64,000 nucleotides of DNA, from positions 28,458,001 to 28,522,000 of the forward strand of contig NC_043012.1 of the NCBI RefSeq assembly GCF_006345805.1, given 5' to 3'. The stretch is from Octopus sinensis (Eukaryota). This document shows, piece after piece, positions 27,003 to 39,660 of this stretch (position 1 is the first letter of the stretch; each line of letters starts with the position of its first letter). Made by a program: the position numbers and the translations under genes. Under the pieces are notes generated by a model that saw only the letters and a list, made by a program, of their open reading frames with translations, made no database searches and was not told the origin of the DNA.

Positions 27003-28415
27003 ATATGGCTATGAAAAGTGGCTCACAACGTGTTCGCAGTGCCAGTACTCATACCAACATTTGAGCTGTTTGATTGGACGCTTGACGAAATCCCAACCAT
27101 TGATGTGAAGACCCGAAAAATACTAACAAACACACATAATTTCCACATAAACAGTGATGTTGACCGCCTCATCCTAAATCGAAAACAAGGGGACAGAGGC
27201 TTAACATCGATTCAAAATGCCTTTGAATGTCGTATCATATCCCTTCGGCAACATCTTTCAACCACTAAGTATCGAAGTAAATCCCTTGACCAAGTTTGCA
27301 TACATAAAGCTGACAACATATGACTTGGAAGGCAGCTCCTTGTGCAGCATACCTTGTCTGATAACCTAGAATACATGCTCAAAGAAGTCACACGATTCTA
27401 CCGCAACGTATCATCAGATGAAAAGAGATGAGCACATATGCACAGAAGACAATGCATAGATATGTTAGTAGAAAGCTCCGTGATGATCGTAACATTGAGC
27501 ACCAAAACAGTCTTTCATGGACCAATAACTGGATTACTACCTTCCACTTTGAAGGGTATGCGTTTGCAATCCAGGAACAAGAAATATCAACAAAATACTT
27601 GATGCACAAAAGGGACGTAGTTGGAGGAAAAGCCGTAAAATGTGACAACCGATGCAGACTTTGTGGAGATAACACCGACGATACCACCTCATAGGCAGTT
27701 GTCCGAAAATGTCTTCACGGTGTTATCTATCGATAGGACATGATGTTGTAGCTAGGAAACTCTATAATGAAATCCGTCGGAAGAATAACGTCGAGGACAA
27801 AGAAATAAGAACCCACAGCAAGGTAGAATGTCCCAGTGAAAATCTCGATAAAATGTAAGCCCTACAAACCTGATATAATAATTTGGGACAGGAGAGAAAC
27901 TGTGTACAGTTGTGGAAATTAGATGCCCAGCGGATGTTACGATAAAATTGAAGATCAGTGAAAAAGAGAGTACCTACGCTGAACTATTGAGAAATCTGCA
28001 GTTACTATATCCAGATTACAGGTTCAGGTTTATACCTGTAATTATTGGGGCACTGGGATATGTAACAAACTGCGTAAATACCAATCTTGAGAAATTAGGC
28101 TTCTCAAAACCAGAAAGGAGAAAACTGATTTGAAGACTACATATCCAATGCATCACTGGAATTGTAAAAATCTGTAAAACTTTCCAGAAGTTTATCATTT
28201 AAGTATATATGAGCATGTCTTGATATACAAGTATATGCAGGAGAAGACATACATAAAAGAAATCATATAAATCTGCACGTATATATACATACATACAAAA
28301 ATACCCTGTTGATGTTGAAATTCCAATGAAGGATCCTTGGATCTAGGTTAGAATCCGGCTCTTTCTCTATTGGTAAGGAATCTTGAAATGAAACTGAAAA
28401 ATGGCATGTATACAA
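27003..28415 (+). mobile_element. 5'-truncated R4/Dong-like non-LTR retrotransposon (RT C-terminus, CCHC finger, restriction-like endonuclease), disrupted
   Basis: HNVFAVPVL...DVKTRKIL...SDVDRL...RKQGDRGL; CRLC...C..MS.R.YL..GHDVVA; KPDIIIWDR...VEIRCPAD...EKESTY...PVIIGALG (PD-D/E-xK REL). Confidence 0.85.
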
Positions 28416-28730
28416 ACATACACACATACAGACAGACATGCAGACAGACATGCAGACAGACATGGGCAACTGCTCATGATTAGTGCCCTTGGTTTTGTAA
28501 GTAAACTTCTGACAGTCTGGATAAGCATCGATTTTCAGAAAAAGAAATCCACTCGCACCTTACAAATACAATCTGTAAGTGGAACAGTAAAATTCTGCAA
28601 GACTTTTCTCAAGTCTGAAATGTAGCATTGCTTTCGTTATCTATATTCCAACGATAGAACTTTGTATCTTTGTTAGAAACTAACTTCTTTCTCAGTGGAA
28701 GAAGAATTTAAATAATTAAAAGCAGTATAA

Positions 28731-28805
<75 letters not shown>

Positions 28806-28807
<2 letters not shown>

Positions 28808-28997
28808 TAATTGTTATCGCCATATTAATATGGCTGTCTTATAGATATAAGACTAAAAGCTGTCGCTGATTAGCTCCATGAGGCCATCGCTTTAAGATAG
28901 CTATAATTGTTATCGCCATACTAATATGGCAGTCTTATAGATATAAGACTAAAAGTATCTATAAGACTGCCATATTAATATGGCGATAACAATTAAT
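28806..28997. repeat. Nested palindromic foldback between (TA)n tracts
   Basis: 42-bp outer inverted arms (28806-28847, 28956-28997; 1 mismatch) plus an internal direct copy at 28904-28955. Each unit contains the palindrome GCCATATTAATATGGC or a 1-nt variant. Confidence 0.9.
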
Positions 28998-29052
28998 TTC
29001 CAGTAACGCTGCCGTAATCTCTTTTAGAGAGACTTAGTAATTTTAATATTTC

Positions 29053-29119
<67 letters not shown>

Positions 29120-29153
29120 TATATATCTATATATCTATATCTATATATATATA

Positions 29154-30593
29154 TAAAACATTATTGGTGAATTGAAGAAATGGAGCTGAACGCAGATTGA
29201 ACAGAAATCGTTTTATTTCATTCTACACGTGTTTCGAAAGGCACAAATTACCAAAATCCGATTGAATAATGGGACCATATTGTGTCTTTCTCTTCAGGAA
29301 GAAAAAAGGAAATCCGTTGGAAAAACAAAAACAGAACAGAGGCAGAGCAAAAAACAAATCGAACTGTGCTCCTAAGAGCCCATGGCGAAACTGTTTATCA
29401 GTGTATGTTGAGAACCGGTGGCTGAAGAATTCAACAGGTCAGGCATCGGTCAATCATGTGGGTGGGGGTGTATAGATGTTCTTTGTGACCGAGAATAAAG
29501 ATGCCTTCACTTATATAGGGGCATCATCCTCAAGATTGTCTTTGCGTGTCTCCAACCATTACGCAACTTTTCGGGACGTGAACAAGCGCCAGACCACGGG
29601 ACTCAGTAAGCTAATATGGCGACTGAAGGATGCGAACTTAAGCTATAGGCTGGAATGGTCAATTTTGTCGGTGGCCCTCCCATTTGATAGGGGCAGAAGA
29701 CAGTGCAACCTTTGTGTCTCCGAACTCTTCCATATTTTGTTTGCCAGAGGCCGGATGGTAAACGGGCTCTTACAGTCGGCTTTTCGATGCCCCCATTGGC
29801 GGCGTTACACTTATCTGGCCTTTAAATAGCGTTTATAAATAAGACCGGCACCCATAGCCCTTGGTAACAAATTCTGAAATAGCTTTTAAGATATCTACAA
29901 TTAACCACTGCAAGGGAAATTACTCCTGTAAGACAAACGGGGCTTGTTTTTTCACAGCGGGGGGTTTCCTTGTCAAGGCAGGCTTAGATGAACACACACA
30001 CACACACATAAAACATAATATATATATATAATTTCTTTATTTTTTTTTTTTCTTTCTGCCACCCAACGGTTATCACGGCAGTAGCCACTGACAGCCGAAC
30101 GATCAAACGCACACACGTACACAAAAAATGTTTTCTACCCCTACGCCAACACACACATATATAGAACAGTATACACACACACACGTCTCTAAGTAGATTT
30201 TTTCTCGCCCCTTATAAAACATCCAATATTCTTTAAATAGTCAGAACTTTATTCTCGGTCACAAAGAACATCTATACACCCCCACCCACATGATTGACCG
30301 ATGCCTGACCTGTTGAATTCTTCAGCCACCGGTTCTCAACATACACTGATAAACAGTTTCGCCATGGGCTCTTAGGAGCACAGTTCGATTTGTTTTTTGC
30401 TCTGCCTCTGTTCTGTTTTTGTTTTTCCAACGGATTTCCTTTTTTCTTCCTGAAGAGAAAGACACAATATGGTCCCATTATTCAATCGGATTTTGGTAAT
30501 TTGTGCCTTTCGAAACACGTGTAGAATGAAATAAAACGATTTCTGTTCAATCTGCGTTCAGCTCCATTTCTTCAATTCACCAATAATGTTTTA
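29154..30593 (+). mobile_element. Penelope-like (Naiad/Chlamys-type) GIY-YIG 3' fragment bracketed by 347-bp perfect inverted repeats
   Basis: GVYRCS(frameshift)VTENKDAFTYIG...LRVSNHYATF...TTGLSKLIWRLKD...LEWSIL...CNLCVSEL...CPH. Arms 29154-29500 and 30247-30593 give identical 68-aa ORFs on opposite strands. Confidence 0.85.
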
Positions 30594-30739
30594 ATTTCAA
30601 TTATCCGCACCAACGCACGGTTGCAACGCCAGATGGTTGTACCTCCAACCGTGCTGTTCACTGCTGTGATTTTTGCTACTAAGGTATCGGTTAAACTTTT
30701 GATTAATCTACTACAAGATTATTCATCTTTCTATTTCAC

Positions 30740-30834
<95 letters not shown>

Positions 30835-30887
30835 ATGTATATGCGTGTGTGTGAGTATGTGTGTGTCTGTGTGTGTGTGTGTATGTG

Positions 30888-31118
30888 CTGTGACACCTTG
30901 GGCAAATGTCGTCTATTATAGCCTCGGACTAACCAAAGCTTTGTGAATGGATTTGATCGACGAAAACTGAAAGAAGCCCATCGTATACTCACTCGCGCAC
31001 GCACGCACACACGCAATTCCCACATATCTGTGTCAGTTTGACTTTGTGTCTCTGTTTGACCTCCACCACCACTTGAGACCGATACAATAGGCTTAAAGAA
31101 CAACTACTGGGGTCGATC
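30888..31118 (+). mobile_element. tRNA-derived SINE fragment
   Basis: CACCTTGGGCAAATGTC...AACCAAAGCTTTGTGAATGGATTTG...GAAAACTGAAAGAAGCCCATCG matches the 49830 family body. Confidence 0.75.
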
Positions 31119-31406
31119 CGTAGGGGTGTCGAAAAGTACGCACACCGTTGCGTACTTTGCACCCTTACGGATGAACCTATAAGTTGGCTCAAGTTCCGCC
31201 AACTCTTCTTCAATTTCACTCTGAGGGAATACACAGATGGTGTCGCGGTCCTTGAAATAGGTCCGCAACAACACCGTTCTCTTATCATAGTTTTTTAACC
31301 ACTCCTTTGGGGCCACAATTCGCCACTCCAAGGCTTTCTTACATTTGGTTGCCATTAATAAAATAACTAAAATATAAAAGTCCACAACAAAATCAAAAAT
31401 GTTCAA
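31119..31406 (-). mobile_element. Truncated Tx1/L1-like ORF1 N-terminal fragment
   Basis: EIEEELAELEPTYRFIRKGAKYATVCVLF aligns with QIEKALKLIWQGISYLVRGRKFGTVEVQF (43803) and QMEKALRPIWLDTTFLARGSTFATVEVRF (45583); interrupted by the SINE. Confidence 0.55.
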
Positions 31407-32358
31407 ATAAAAGTCTCAAATGCAAACACAAAAAAGAGCAGAAAGACAGACATGAGAAAAGGAACGAAGGAAGACAATTCAAATGACAACAAAATTCAAC
31501 TCTGGTAATCCTTTGTAGCACGGTTAAAAATCTTTTGCAGCACAAAAATAGAAAAAAATTTCTGGTTGTACTCCAAATGGTAAAATTCTGGTTGCACTCC
31601 AATTGGTAAAATCCACGAAGTGTACACAGTCACATAAAATCATAAATTTTCGGAAGGACACACCTCCCGAAAACACACACAATTCTCACTAAAAAGTGAA
31701 TCTTTTAGTACGACCACTGGCAAGCAAATGGCTCGAACACAGTGGAGCCCCTTGTTCGAAAAAAATAATAGCCATACGGACAACGGACTTCACTAAGCTC
31801 CCCCGAAAAAACAATTGCTTTACCTGTGGTCATGCTTCAAATGTTCAATTTTTCACGTACGACGTGACTTTCACCGCAACGAAAAACAACGCGACAACTT
31901 GGTAGCGGTAAGCAAGCTACTTACCACACAGCCACTGCTGCACCTATGTGTATATAATTTTTAAAAAAAACAGCTAGCTGCAATGTTATACCCTAAAAGA
32001 GAATTATAGTAATCAACTTAATGTGACTAAGGGTGTCATAACATCTACATTGCCAGAAATAAGAACTAAAATGCTCATTTACTGTTATAAAGCACATAGC
32101 ATATATTCTGGTAGGGGCTGCAATCGCCCCGAGCACCGAAACGAGAATTCCCTTGACTGACTTGTCAGTTTCGTTTATTTCTGTAGCCATCGTTAGTAAA
32201 ACCAGCTCGTTCGGCAGATTCCGGTTTACATCACCTATCAGAATATATATATTTACCATAAAAATTTATGGATGATTTAGCAGATTGCTAATGTGTATAC
32301 AAAATTTAATAAAAACTGCTAGTTGCACTGTTATAACATGAAGGAGAATTATATATAA

Positions 32359-32577
32359 TGGCTGTGTGGTAAGAAGCTTGCTTCCCAATTACATAGTTCC
32401 TGGTTCAATCCCACTGCGTAGCAACTTGGACAAGTGTCTTCAACTATAGCCTCGGGCCGACCAAAGCCTTGTGAGAGGATTTGGTAGACAGGAACTAAAA
32501 GAAGTCCTAAATATACGTCAAGCGATGTTGGGAGACAAACATAGACACGCAAACACACACATACACACATACATACA

Positions 32578-32670
<93 letters not shown>

Positions 32671-32821
32671 GACGGGCTTCTTTCAGTTTCCGTTTACCGA
32701 ATCCACTCACAAGGCTTTGATCGTTCCGAGGCTATATATAAGTCTTTGCACAAGGTGCCACGCAGTGGGACTGAACCCTGGGACCATGTGATTGGTAAGC
32801 AAGCTACTTACCACACAGCCA
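32359..32821. mobile_element. Two same-family SINEs in inverted (tail-to-tail) orientation
   Basis: Plus head TGGCTGTGTGGTAAGAAGCTTGCT... at 32359-32507; minus head ...GCAAGCTACTTACCACACAGCCA at 32674-32821. Confidence 0.9.
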
Positions 32822-33097
32822 CTCCATATCACACACTGATTTCATAAATGGTAAAAATAATTTTCACTTTTACCATTTATGAAATAAGCCTGCGATTTCT
32901 ACTGTAATTCCTTTAAACTGATAACGTGATCCAGCTTAACCCGGGTGAGAGCCGGGTAAGAGCCACTGACGAGCATTAATCAAATGCAAAATCACTGGTG
33001 ATCTGGCTGTGCCCTGGAAGCTGTACAGAGTCAGCTTCGCTTGTCAGTCACAGAATAAGTGCTTTCTCGTGGCTATGAGTTGTTTTGATTATATATA

Positions 33098-33153
<56 letters not shown>

Positions 33154-33982
33154 TTTCACATACACACACATCCATAGATATGCATATGTACACATGCACG
33201 CACTATGCGTGTGTGTAGCATTATGATTTTGTAATTGCTGAAATAATATATCTACTCGAACAGAGCTATGCAACATTGGTCATGCACTTGCAATATGCCT
33301 TACATTTGGTGTCGTCACATTGTACTCTTTACTATAAAAGTGTTCGTCGGTCTTGTGGGTCACAATGAAGTGTTTAGAGAATGTATGCGTGTAATTTGCT
33401 TGCGCATTTATGTGTCACTGAATATGTATGTGTATGTTTTAAGTAGAGGTGAAAAGATCACAGGTAAATTGGGTATCGTGGTTAGTTGTGTGACAACGAT
33501 AGAGCATTTGAGAAAATTGCTTGGCAGTCAATCTGATGCTTTTAACCGAACATTGTCTATAACTTTTAGCTGACCTTGCTCTGACTATTTACCTCACTTA
33601 ATTAACGATTTCGTTTAACTTTTTCCTTTATCTGAAACTAGTGCCAAATTGTCCTTGAATAAAAAAAAATACCCAAAACAACAAAATAGGAGAGAGCTAG
33701 TGTAGGAGACGAAAATGATGATAAAATAAAAGACGGACAGGGGGAGAGACGGAAGGGAGGGAAAGAAAGGGAAGGAGAGAAAGGGAAGGAGAGAAAGGGA
33801 AGGAGAGAAAGGGAAGGAGAGAAAGGGAAGGAGAGAGAATGAAAGAATGAGCAGGAGGATTAAAAATGAAAAAAGCTTTGCATTTTATGTTCGTTAATGA
33901 TCGTCTGTTTTTCAAGGTACGTCTTCGTTCTGCTATGACTTCTAATAACTAGAGGAATGAGTGTGAAAGAGAAAGAGAAGAA

Positions 33983-34030
<48 letters not shown>

Positions 34031-34276
34031 CACAAAAACATCAGCAAGATGGGATTATTTTTCCCAACAATTTGATTTTTTATTCGTCACTCTATCTTGG
34101 CTTTTTATTTCTATCACTCTTTCCTCATTCTCTCTCTCTCACTCCCGCCCCTTTCTCTCCTGTCTTTCTGCCTGCCTGTCTGCCTGCCTGCCTGCCTACC
34201 TGTCTCTCTGTTTGTCTGTCTGTCTCTCTCCCCCTCTCCCCCTCTCTCTCTGTAAGAAGTGCTCCGCCATCTGACC

Positions 34277-34375
34277 ATGTCTTCAGGAACAGCACAAGAG
34301 ATAATTGTAAATGCTGTTACACAAATCAATATGCAACAGGTATGGCCAAATCATTATTGCACTGCTCTGACCCAG
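34277..34375 (+). CDS. Candidate first coding exon of TRIM paralog B
   Basis: ACCATGT start; MSSGTAQEIIVNAVTQINMQQVWPNHYCTALTQ, colinear with 4120-4228 at N12-A13-V14, I17, W23-P24. Possible donors CAG|GTATGG and CAG|GCGAGT are both phase 0, so direct splicing to 47977 is not frame-compatible. Confidence 0.35.
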
Positions 34376-34965
34376 GCGAGTTGATAGACATACTGGAAAA
34401 TGAAAATAATTAAAAACAAAAGAAGATGGATTGCAAGTCATCATCCTTCACAAGGGCACAGATAAGCTTTTTAAAACACGAGAACTTGCTCTTTTCCGTT
34501 ACTCTATTACAGAACTCACACGCACATACGTACAAATATATGAGCGCGCACACTCAAGTACAGACATGGGCATGCATGTACGCAGATCCTAACACAGACC
34601 CACAAACATCACGTGAATCTGTCATAATTGCTTTGTTTAAATCAGTTTCTATCTGTTATTGCTCTCTCATCGGCACCATATCCAATGCATCAACTATCAA
34701 CTATATGCATATAACCCATTACTTATTTTTTCTATCTTCGATTGCATTATCTACATAGACGTATTCGTATACGAAACGTTGTATTTTGCAGTACTGGCTC
34801 TAAATTCTATAGAAAATCTATAGAGATAAACTTTAAAATGAGGACATCGCACTGCTAACACAAACGTAGGACACGCTACTGACTCGTAAACCTTGCAAAA
34901 CGAAATACTGTGTCCTTGCTAGCAAATAATATTTACGTACCAGTGTATAATATGTATGCATGTGT

Positions 34966-35260
34966 GAAGGCGTGTGGTCTAGTGATTAGTGTGTTGCACT
35001 CCCGATCGTGAGACCGTGGTTTCTATTCCCAGACCAGCCGTGCGTTGTGTTCTTTAGCAAGACAGTGAATTTCACGTTACTTCAGTTCACTCGGCTGTAA
35101 ATAGGTAACTCTGCGTCGGATTGCTATTCCATTTAGGAGGAATGTTGGCTTGCCAGGCTGGATGGCATCATTCGAAAGCTAAAACACTGCAAAGTACATT
35201 GGGAACAGCGGTGTATAACAACATCCGATAGTCTGGCCGATACCGTGATACCATGATGTA
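34966..35260 (+). mobile_element. tRNA-derived SINE of a third family
   Basis: GGCGTGTGGTCTAGTGATTAG (A-box-like), GGTTTCTATTCCC (B-box-like), then GTGTTCTTTAGCAAGACA...CAGTTCACTCGGCTGTAAATAGGTAAC central domain. Confidence 0.65.
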
Positions 35261-35399
35261 TGTATAAATGGATGGATTAATATATGCAAGTAGTTAGGTA
35301 GGTGTGTACGTGGATGTATGTCTTATCAAAAATACGACTAATTTGTAGTTCAATATATATTTGTAGATATGGCGAGCAGCTTTTCTGTTAAATATATTC

Positions 35400-37400
35400 T
35401 GTTGGAAACATGATTATGTTCTAATTTAATCTTTTATTTGAAATTTTTCTCGTTAGGAAGAATAAAGTTCCCAAATTTATCTTCATCAACGTTTCCAGGC
35501 TATCTCAGCCTCATGCTCAGGATATGGAGCGGTTTTAATTGCCTTTGTGATGTCTATTTTAATAAGGAGCGTGGAGGCTTAGATTCTTTCATTCTAAATT
35601 GCAGAGGTTTGAGTTAATCTTTCGCTTATGGAAAGTATTTTGGAAATTTTATGGTTGCAGAAGTCATCTAGTGTTTTATTCCTACCCTTTGGTGGAAGAT
35701 AATTGCTTCTGCTTTTAACCAGTGATTCATCTTCGTTGTTGTAGTCGGTTAGTGCTTCTGTAAGTCGTAGTTTCCTTCAGAATTCAGAAATATTGTCTTT
35801 AATTTCATTCTGGTTAGATCTTCGTGGGGGTTAGGGTAAATTTTAATCCTTTAGCTAGTATATTGATTTTTGTTGCAGGGGGAGTTTGCTTTTATAAATT
35901 TATTACTTTCGGTTTCTCCTGTATATTTTGTTTCAACGTAAGAAGAAACTCGACCTACGGAATTCAACCTATTTACCCAGACTGCAAAAGCAACCCCCAG
36001 CATTTCAAATATAATTAATAACACTGACAATTTATACCAACAAAGAAACTCGAACTACGTAATTCCAACATTGTTACTCATACAGCAAAACCAGCTTCCT
36101 AGCAATTTAAATATAATTAATAATACTGACAATTTTACAAACGAAATTACAGTAAGCATTTTTTAGACCGTTAAGACCTATCTATTATAGCTGGTCCAGC
36201 CTGTGAAACCCCACCGCCTAAGCAACTTTTTAGACATCCTACTGAAACTCTTGTTGAAATACATCAAAAGTTTCATTAGAGGCGATCTAAATATACTGAA
36301 CCACCTACCAAAAACAACTAATGAAGAGACACTAATGGTTTCCTTCGATGTTATTGATCTGTACACCAATATTCCACACGACTATGGAATACAAGCAATA
36401 AAATTCTGGCTGGGAAAAATTCCCCGAAAAACTTCCGGAACGCATAAACCATGTTTCAAGTTTTTATTATTGAAACTTTAAAATTTATACTTCAGAACAA
36501 TTGTTTCCTATTTGATGACGCCTACAACCGACAAAATTGTGGAATCGAGATGGAAACGAAAGCATCCCTGAGTCACTACAAAAATATGGATACACATTTT
36601 ACCATTATATAAGAGAGAACTAGAAAAGATATCTGGATGACTGCTTTATCATTTGGAATGAGACCATTGATAAACTTTTGGAATTGAAATCAATACTAAA
36701 TAGTATAAACCCAAACATTCAGTTTACAATGGAATATAGCAAAGAACATCTCCCTTACTTAGATATTTTGATAATAAAAAAATAAGCAACCAAATTGTAA
36801 CCGACATTTATCATAAACCAATAGACTCGAAGCAATATCTTTTGTTTAGTTCATGCGACCAGAAACATAAAAAAAATATTCCCTTTTATTTAGCGAAAAC
36901 TGTTTGCACAATAGCGATTGATGGAAATACTCGAGACCTCCGTCTTCAAGACCTCAGAACATCTGCCCTGACTTATAGATATTGGAATTAATCGTGCCAG
37001 GAACATAAGCATTAAAACACTGAGGGAAACAAAACCAAACACCACACCTCATCTCAAAATACTACCGTATATTTCGACACACAACCCTAGATACAATGCG
37101 GCATGCAACACCATTATACAAAATCTACCAATGCTCACTAGGGATCCAAAAATGAACTACATTCTTAAAACATAAATTCATCAAATGTAAAAAGCAATCC
37201 AAATCGCCGAAAAGACTACTGACAAATGCAAAACTATACACGACAACCACGAAACCAATGGTAAGAAAATGTGGACGTCCAAACTGCGAAACATGCCCCA
37301 ACCAACTGGAAGGCCCCGAATTCCAATTCAAACAAGGAGAGAGGTTCACAATTAAGACTAACTTCACTTGTACATCCGAGAATTTAATTTATAACTTATT
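35400..37400 (+). mobile_element. Neptune-like Penelope element, near-complete but decayed; N-terminal part inverted (35930->35400 on minus)
   Basis: Plus: IIAGPACETHRLSNFLDILL...VSFDVIDLYTNIPHD...RYLDDCFIIW...KCGRPNCETC...FTCTSENLIY. Minus: LAKGLKFT.TP...RKLRLTE. Same family as 1340-2527. Confidence 0.85.
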
Positions 37401-38760
37401 CAGGTTGTGGAACTGTTCTGTTCTTGATATGTATTTGAGTGATAATACAGTTTGAAATAATGTATTTCTTTGTTGGAGTATGGTCCAATGTATTTGTTGC
37501 ATTGTATGTCTGTTGATATTCATCAGAAGCTTAACTACGATTTATTTTATATTGTGGATTTCTTTATCACGAGTTTCATTTGGGGAAAGAATCTAAATGC
37601 TCTTCTAAGTAGTGATTTTACCACTGACATTTTGTAGTTATGTTGGCATTTGCCATCGCTATACTGATACATTCTTTGTATAAGCTGATGTAATGTTTCT
37701 ATTACTTTTTATCTGAATATTTATGTCTAGAACCAGAGTCGTATTTGTATTGTTTTAAAACTTAAGTTTTAAAACTTAGTTGTTCTGTAGATCCCTCATT
37801 AGTTTCTCGATGTCTTCTGGTGTGTACATGGCAAGTAGTTTATCGCCTCAGCATATTGTGTATATTAAATGTTTGTGTTTAAGTATCATTTTGTTTTCTA
37901 TGGTAGCCAAGTAGAATGTGGCAAATGTAGGTGTTGTGGAACTACTCTATCTTTATCAGAGGATTCCAGTATAATCCATGGGTTGGAGAGGTGCAGCTGA
38001 AGTGTACGAGAGTAGAAAGTTCAGGTAGAGAATCCAGTGTAGAAGGTGTAAAAGTTCGTTGGGTAATGAGAGGAGACAGGATCGGCATAGCTTGCCATGT
38101 GGTCAGCAAAACGGTATTCCCATTTTGCGATTTACTAGCAGTTTTTAAAATTGTTCTTGATATGAATGTCTTTGTTTTGGAGCGTTTGTATACGTTATCA
38201 AATATTATTTTGATTGATTTTGCTACAGGAACATTGGCAAAAGGATTTTCTGTATCTAGGATAGAAGTAATACACTTTTCGTTTTGGTACAGTAATTCGC
38301 CGGCATATTTTTCGTGTTATCTATTTGTTTGGTGATAATAGGTGTATTTATCTAGGATATTATGAGTAGGAAAGGGTTGTTTTGTTTATGAAATTTGCCT
38401 CGAGAATCTTCTTCGATGTGACAAAAGTACGGGGATCCTCTCTGTGCATTTATCACGATAATTATTTTACTTGATAGGTGTTGTCTTTTGGTATCTTTAT
38501 AAACTTGTTTCTGCATTTAAACAAGTTGTTGAATTGTCTAATGTATTCATCCCTTTTCATTATTACGAACACTTTGCTTTTGTTGACGGTGCATATTTTT
38601 ATATGGCCGTTATATTTTAATTCATGTACGGTTTGCTTGAATCGCTTGTTGAGTATTTGGTTATTCTTTTGTAGGTATCGATTTTTATTGCATTAACCTC
38701 GAAATAAATCTCAGAATTTACCAGTGACTTTCTTAATGTTTGTATCCATCAGATATTCTA
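37400..38760 (-). mobile_element. Second Penelope-like RT fragment (different family)
   Basis: Minus: ILDTENPFANVPVAKSIKIIFDNVY (SLD..SLF.NVP motif), SSTTPTFATFYLATIENK (GSP..PTFA motif), LDINIQ...TSAYTK. Confidence 0.7.
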
Positions 38761-39249
38761 ACTTTTAACATAGTCGTTTAATTTCAACTTGTTTCTTCTC
38801 TTAGTCGCATTTTGATGGCAGATGGAATTTGGTATCAAGAGTGAGGAGCGTGGCTTGATCTGTGTTATGTGCATGTTATGATACGCTAACAAATTTATCG
38901 TCTTTTATGTGCAACATGATTTTTCTTTTTTTTTTTTTTATACCTAACTTCATTTCTTTGTCAATTGGTCTAGATAGTGCTGTCTGCATGCTATCTAGAG
39001 ATGCGTATATATTCCTTAATAAACGTCTTTCACTTAGTGATTTATGTGTTTCCTTCGCAACTCTATAATTTGGATTTGTATATTTTCTACCACCTGAGCT
39101 GCTTTATGTATTTCACATACGACGACATTCTTCCAGAAGTCTTTTACATTTTTTGTGTTTGGGTGTTTTATCGTGTTGCTTGATAGTCATCTATTCGGGG
39201 GAATAGCACTTCTTTTAAACATGTTGTAGTGAAAACACAACCATATTTT

Positions 39250-39660
39250 AATTTAGTCTTCTTTATTAAAGTTTTCTCGTATATGCTTAACAAATCTTTT
39301 TCATTCGTTTGGAAATATATAGTTCCTAAATTTGTTTTTATCAACGTTTCCAGGCTATCTCAGCCTCACCTTTAGGGTGTGGAGTGGTTTTGGCTTTTAT
39401 GCTGCACTCTTTACAGAAGGCAGCTTATGTTTATGCAGACGTTCCCACCTGATTTTGACCGTTGCAATCCTACCTCGTCAGATTTACGTTTTTGACTAAT
39501 ATTATATGCTGAGTGTAGCCTTGTTCCGATATTAGTTTTGCTTCTATTTAGTTACGATATTAGTTTTGCTCCTATTTACTTACGATATTAGTTTTGCTTC
39601 TATTTAGTTACGATATTAGTTTTGCCTACCTATTTCTGCAGGAAATTCTAAAATGTTCGG
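39250..39660 (-). mobile_element. 3' end of a Neptune-like PLE with decayed hammerhead and a 4 x 28-bp tandem repeat
   Basis: ~100 bp similar to 35450-35570 including TCAACGTTTCCAGGCTATCTCAGCCTCA; unit CGATATTAGTTTTGCTTCTATTTAGTTA at 39527, 39555, 39583 and 39611. Confidence 0.6.

Noticed and set aside
30475-30530. Hammerhead in the 347-bp inverted repeat (GAAACACGTGTA-GAAT)
   Set aside because: Palindromic stem III and a possible stem I are present but there is no CUGANGA-like core; at best a relic.
39527-39635. 4 x 28-bp repeat as a CRISPR-like array
   Set aside because: Units are contiguous with no spacers, in eukaryotic TE-derived DNA; it is a minisatellite.
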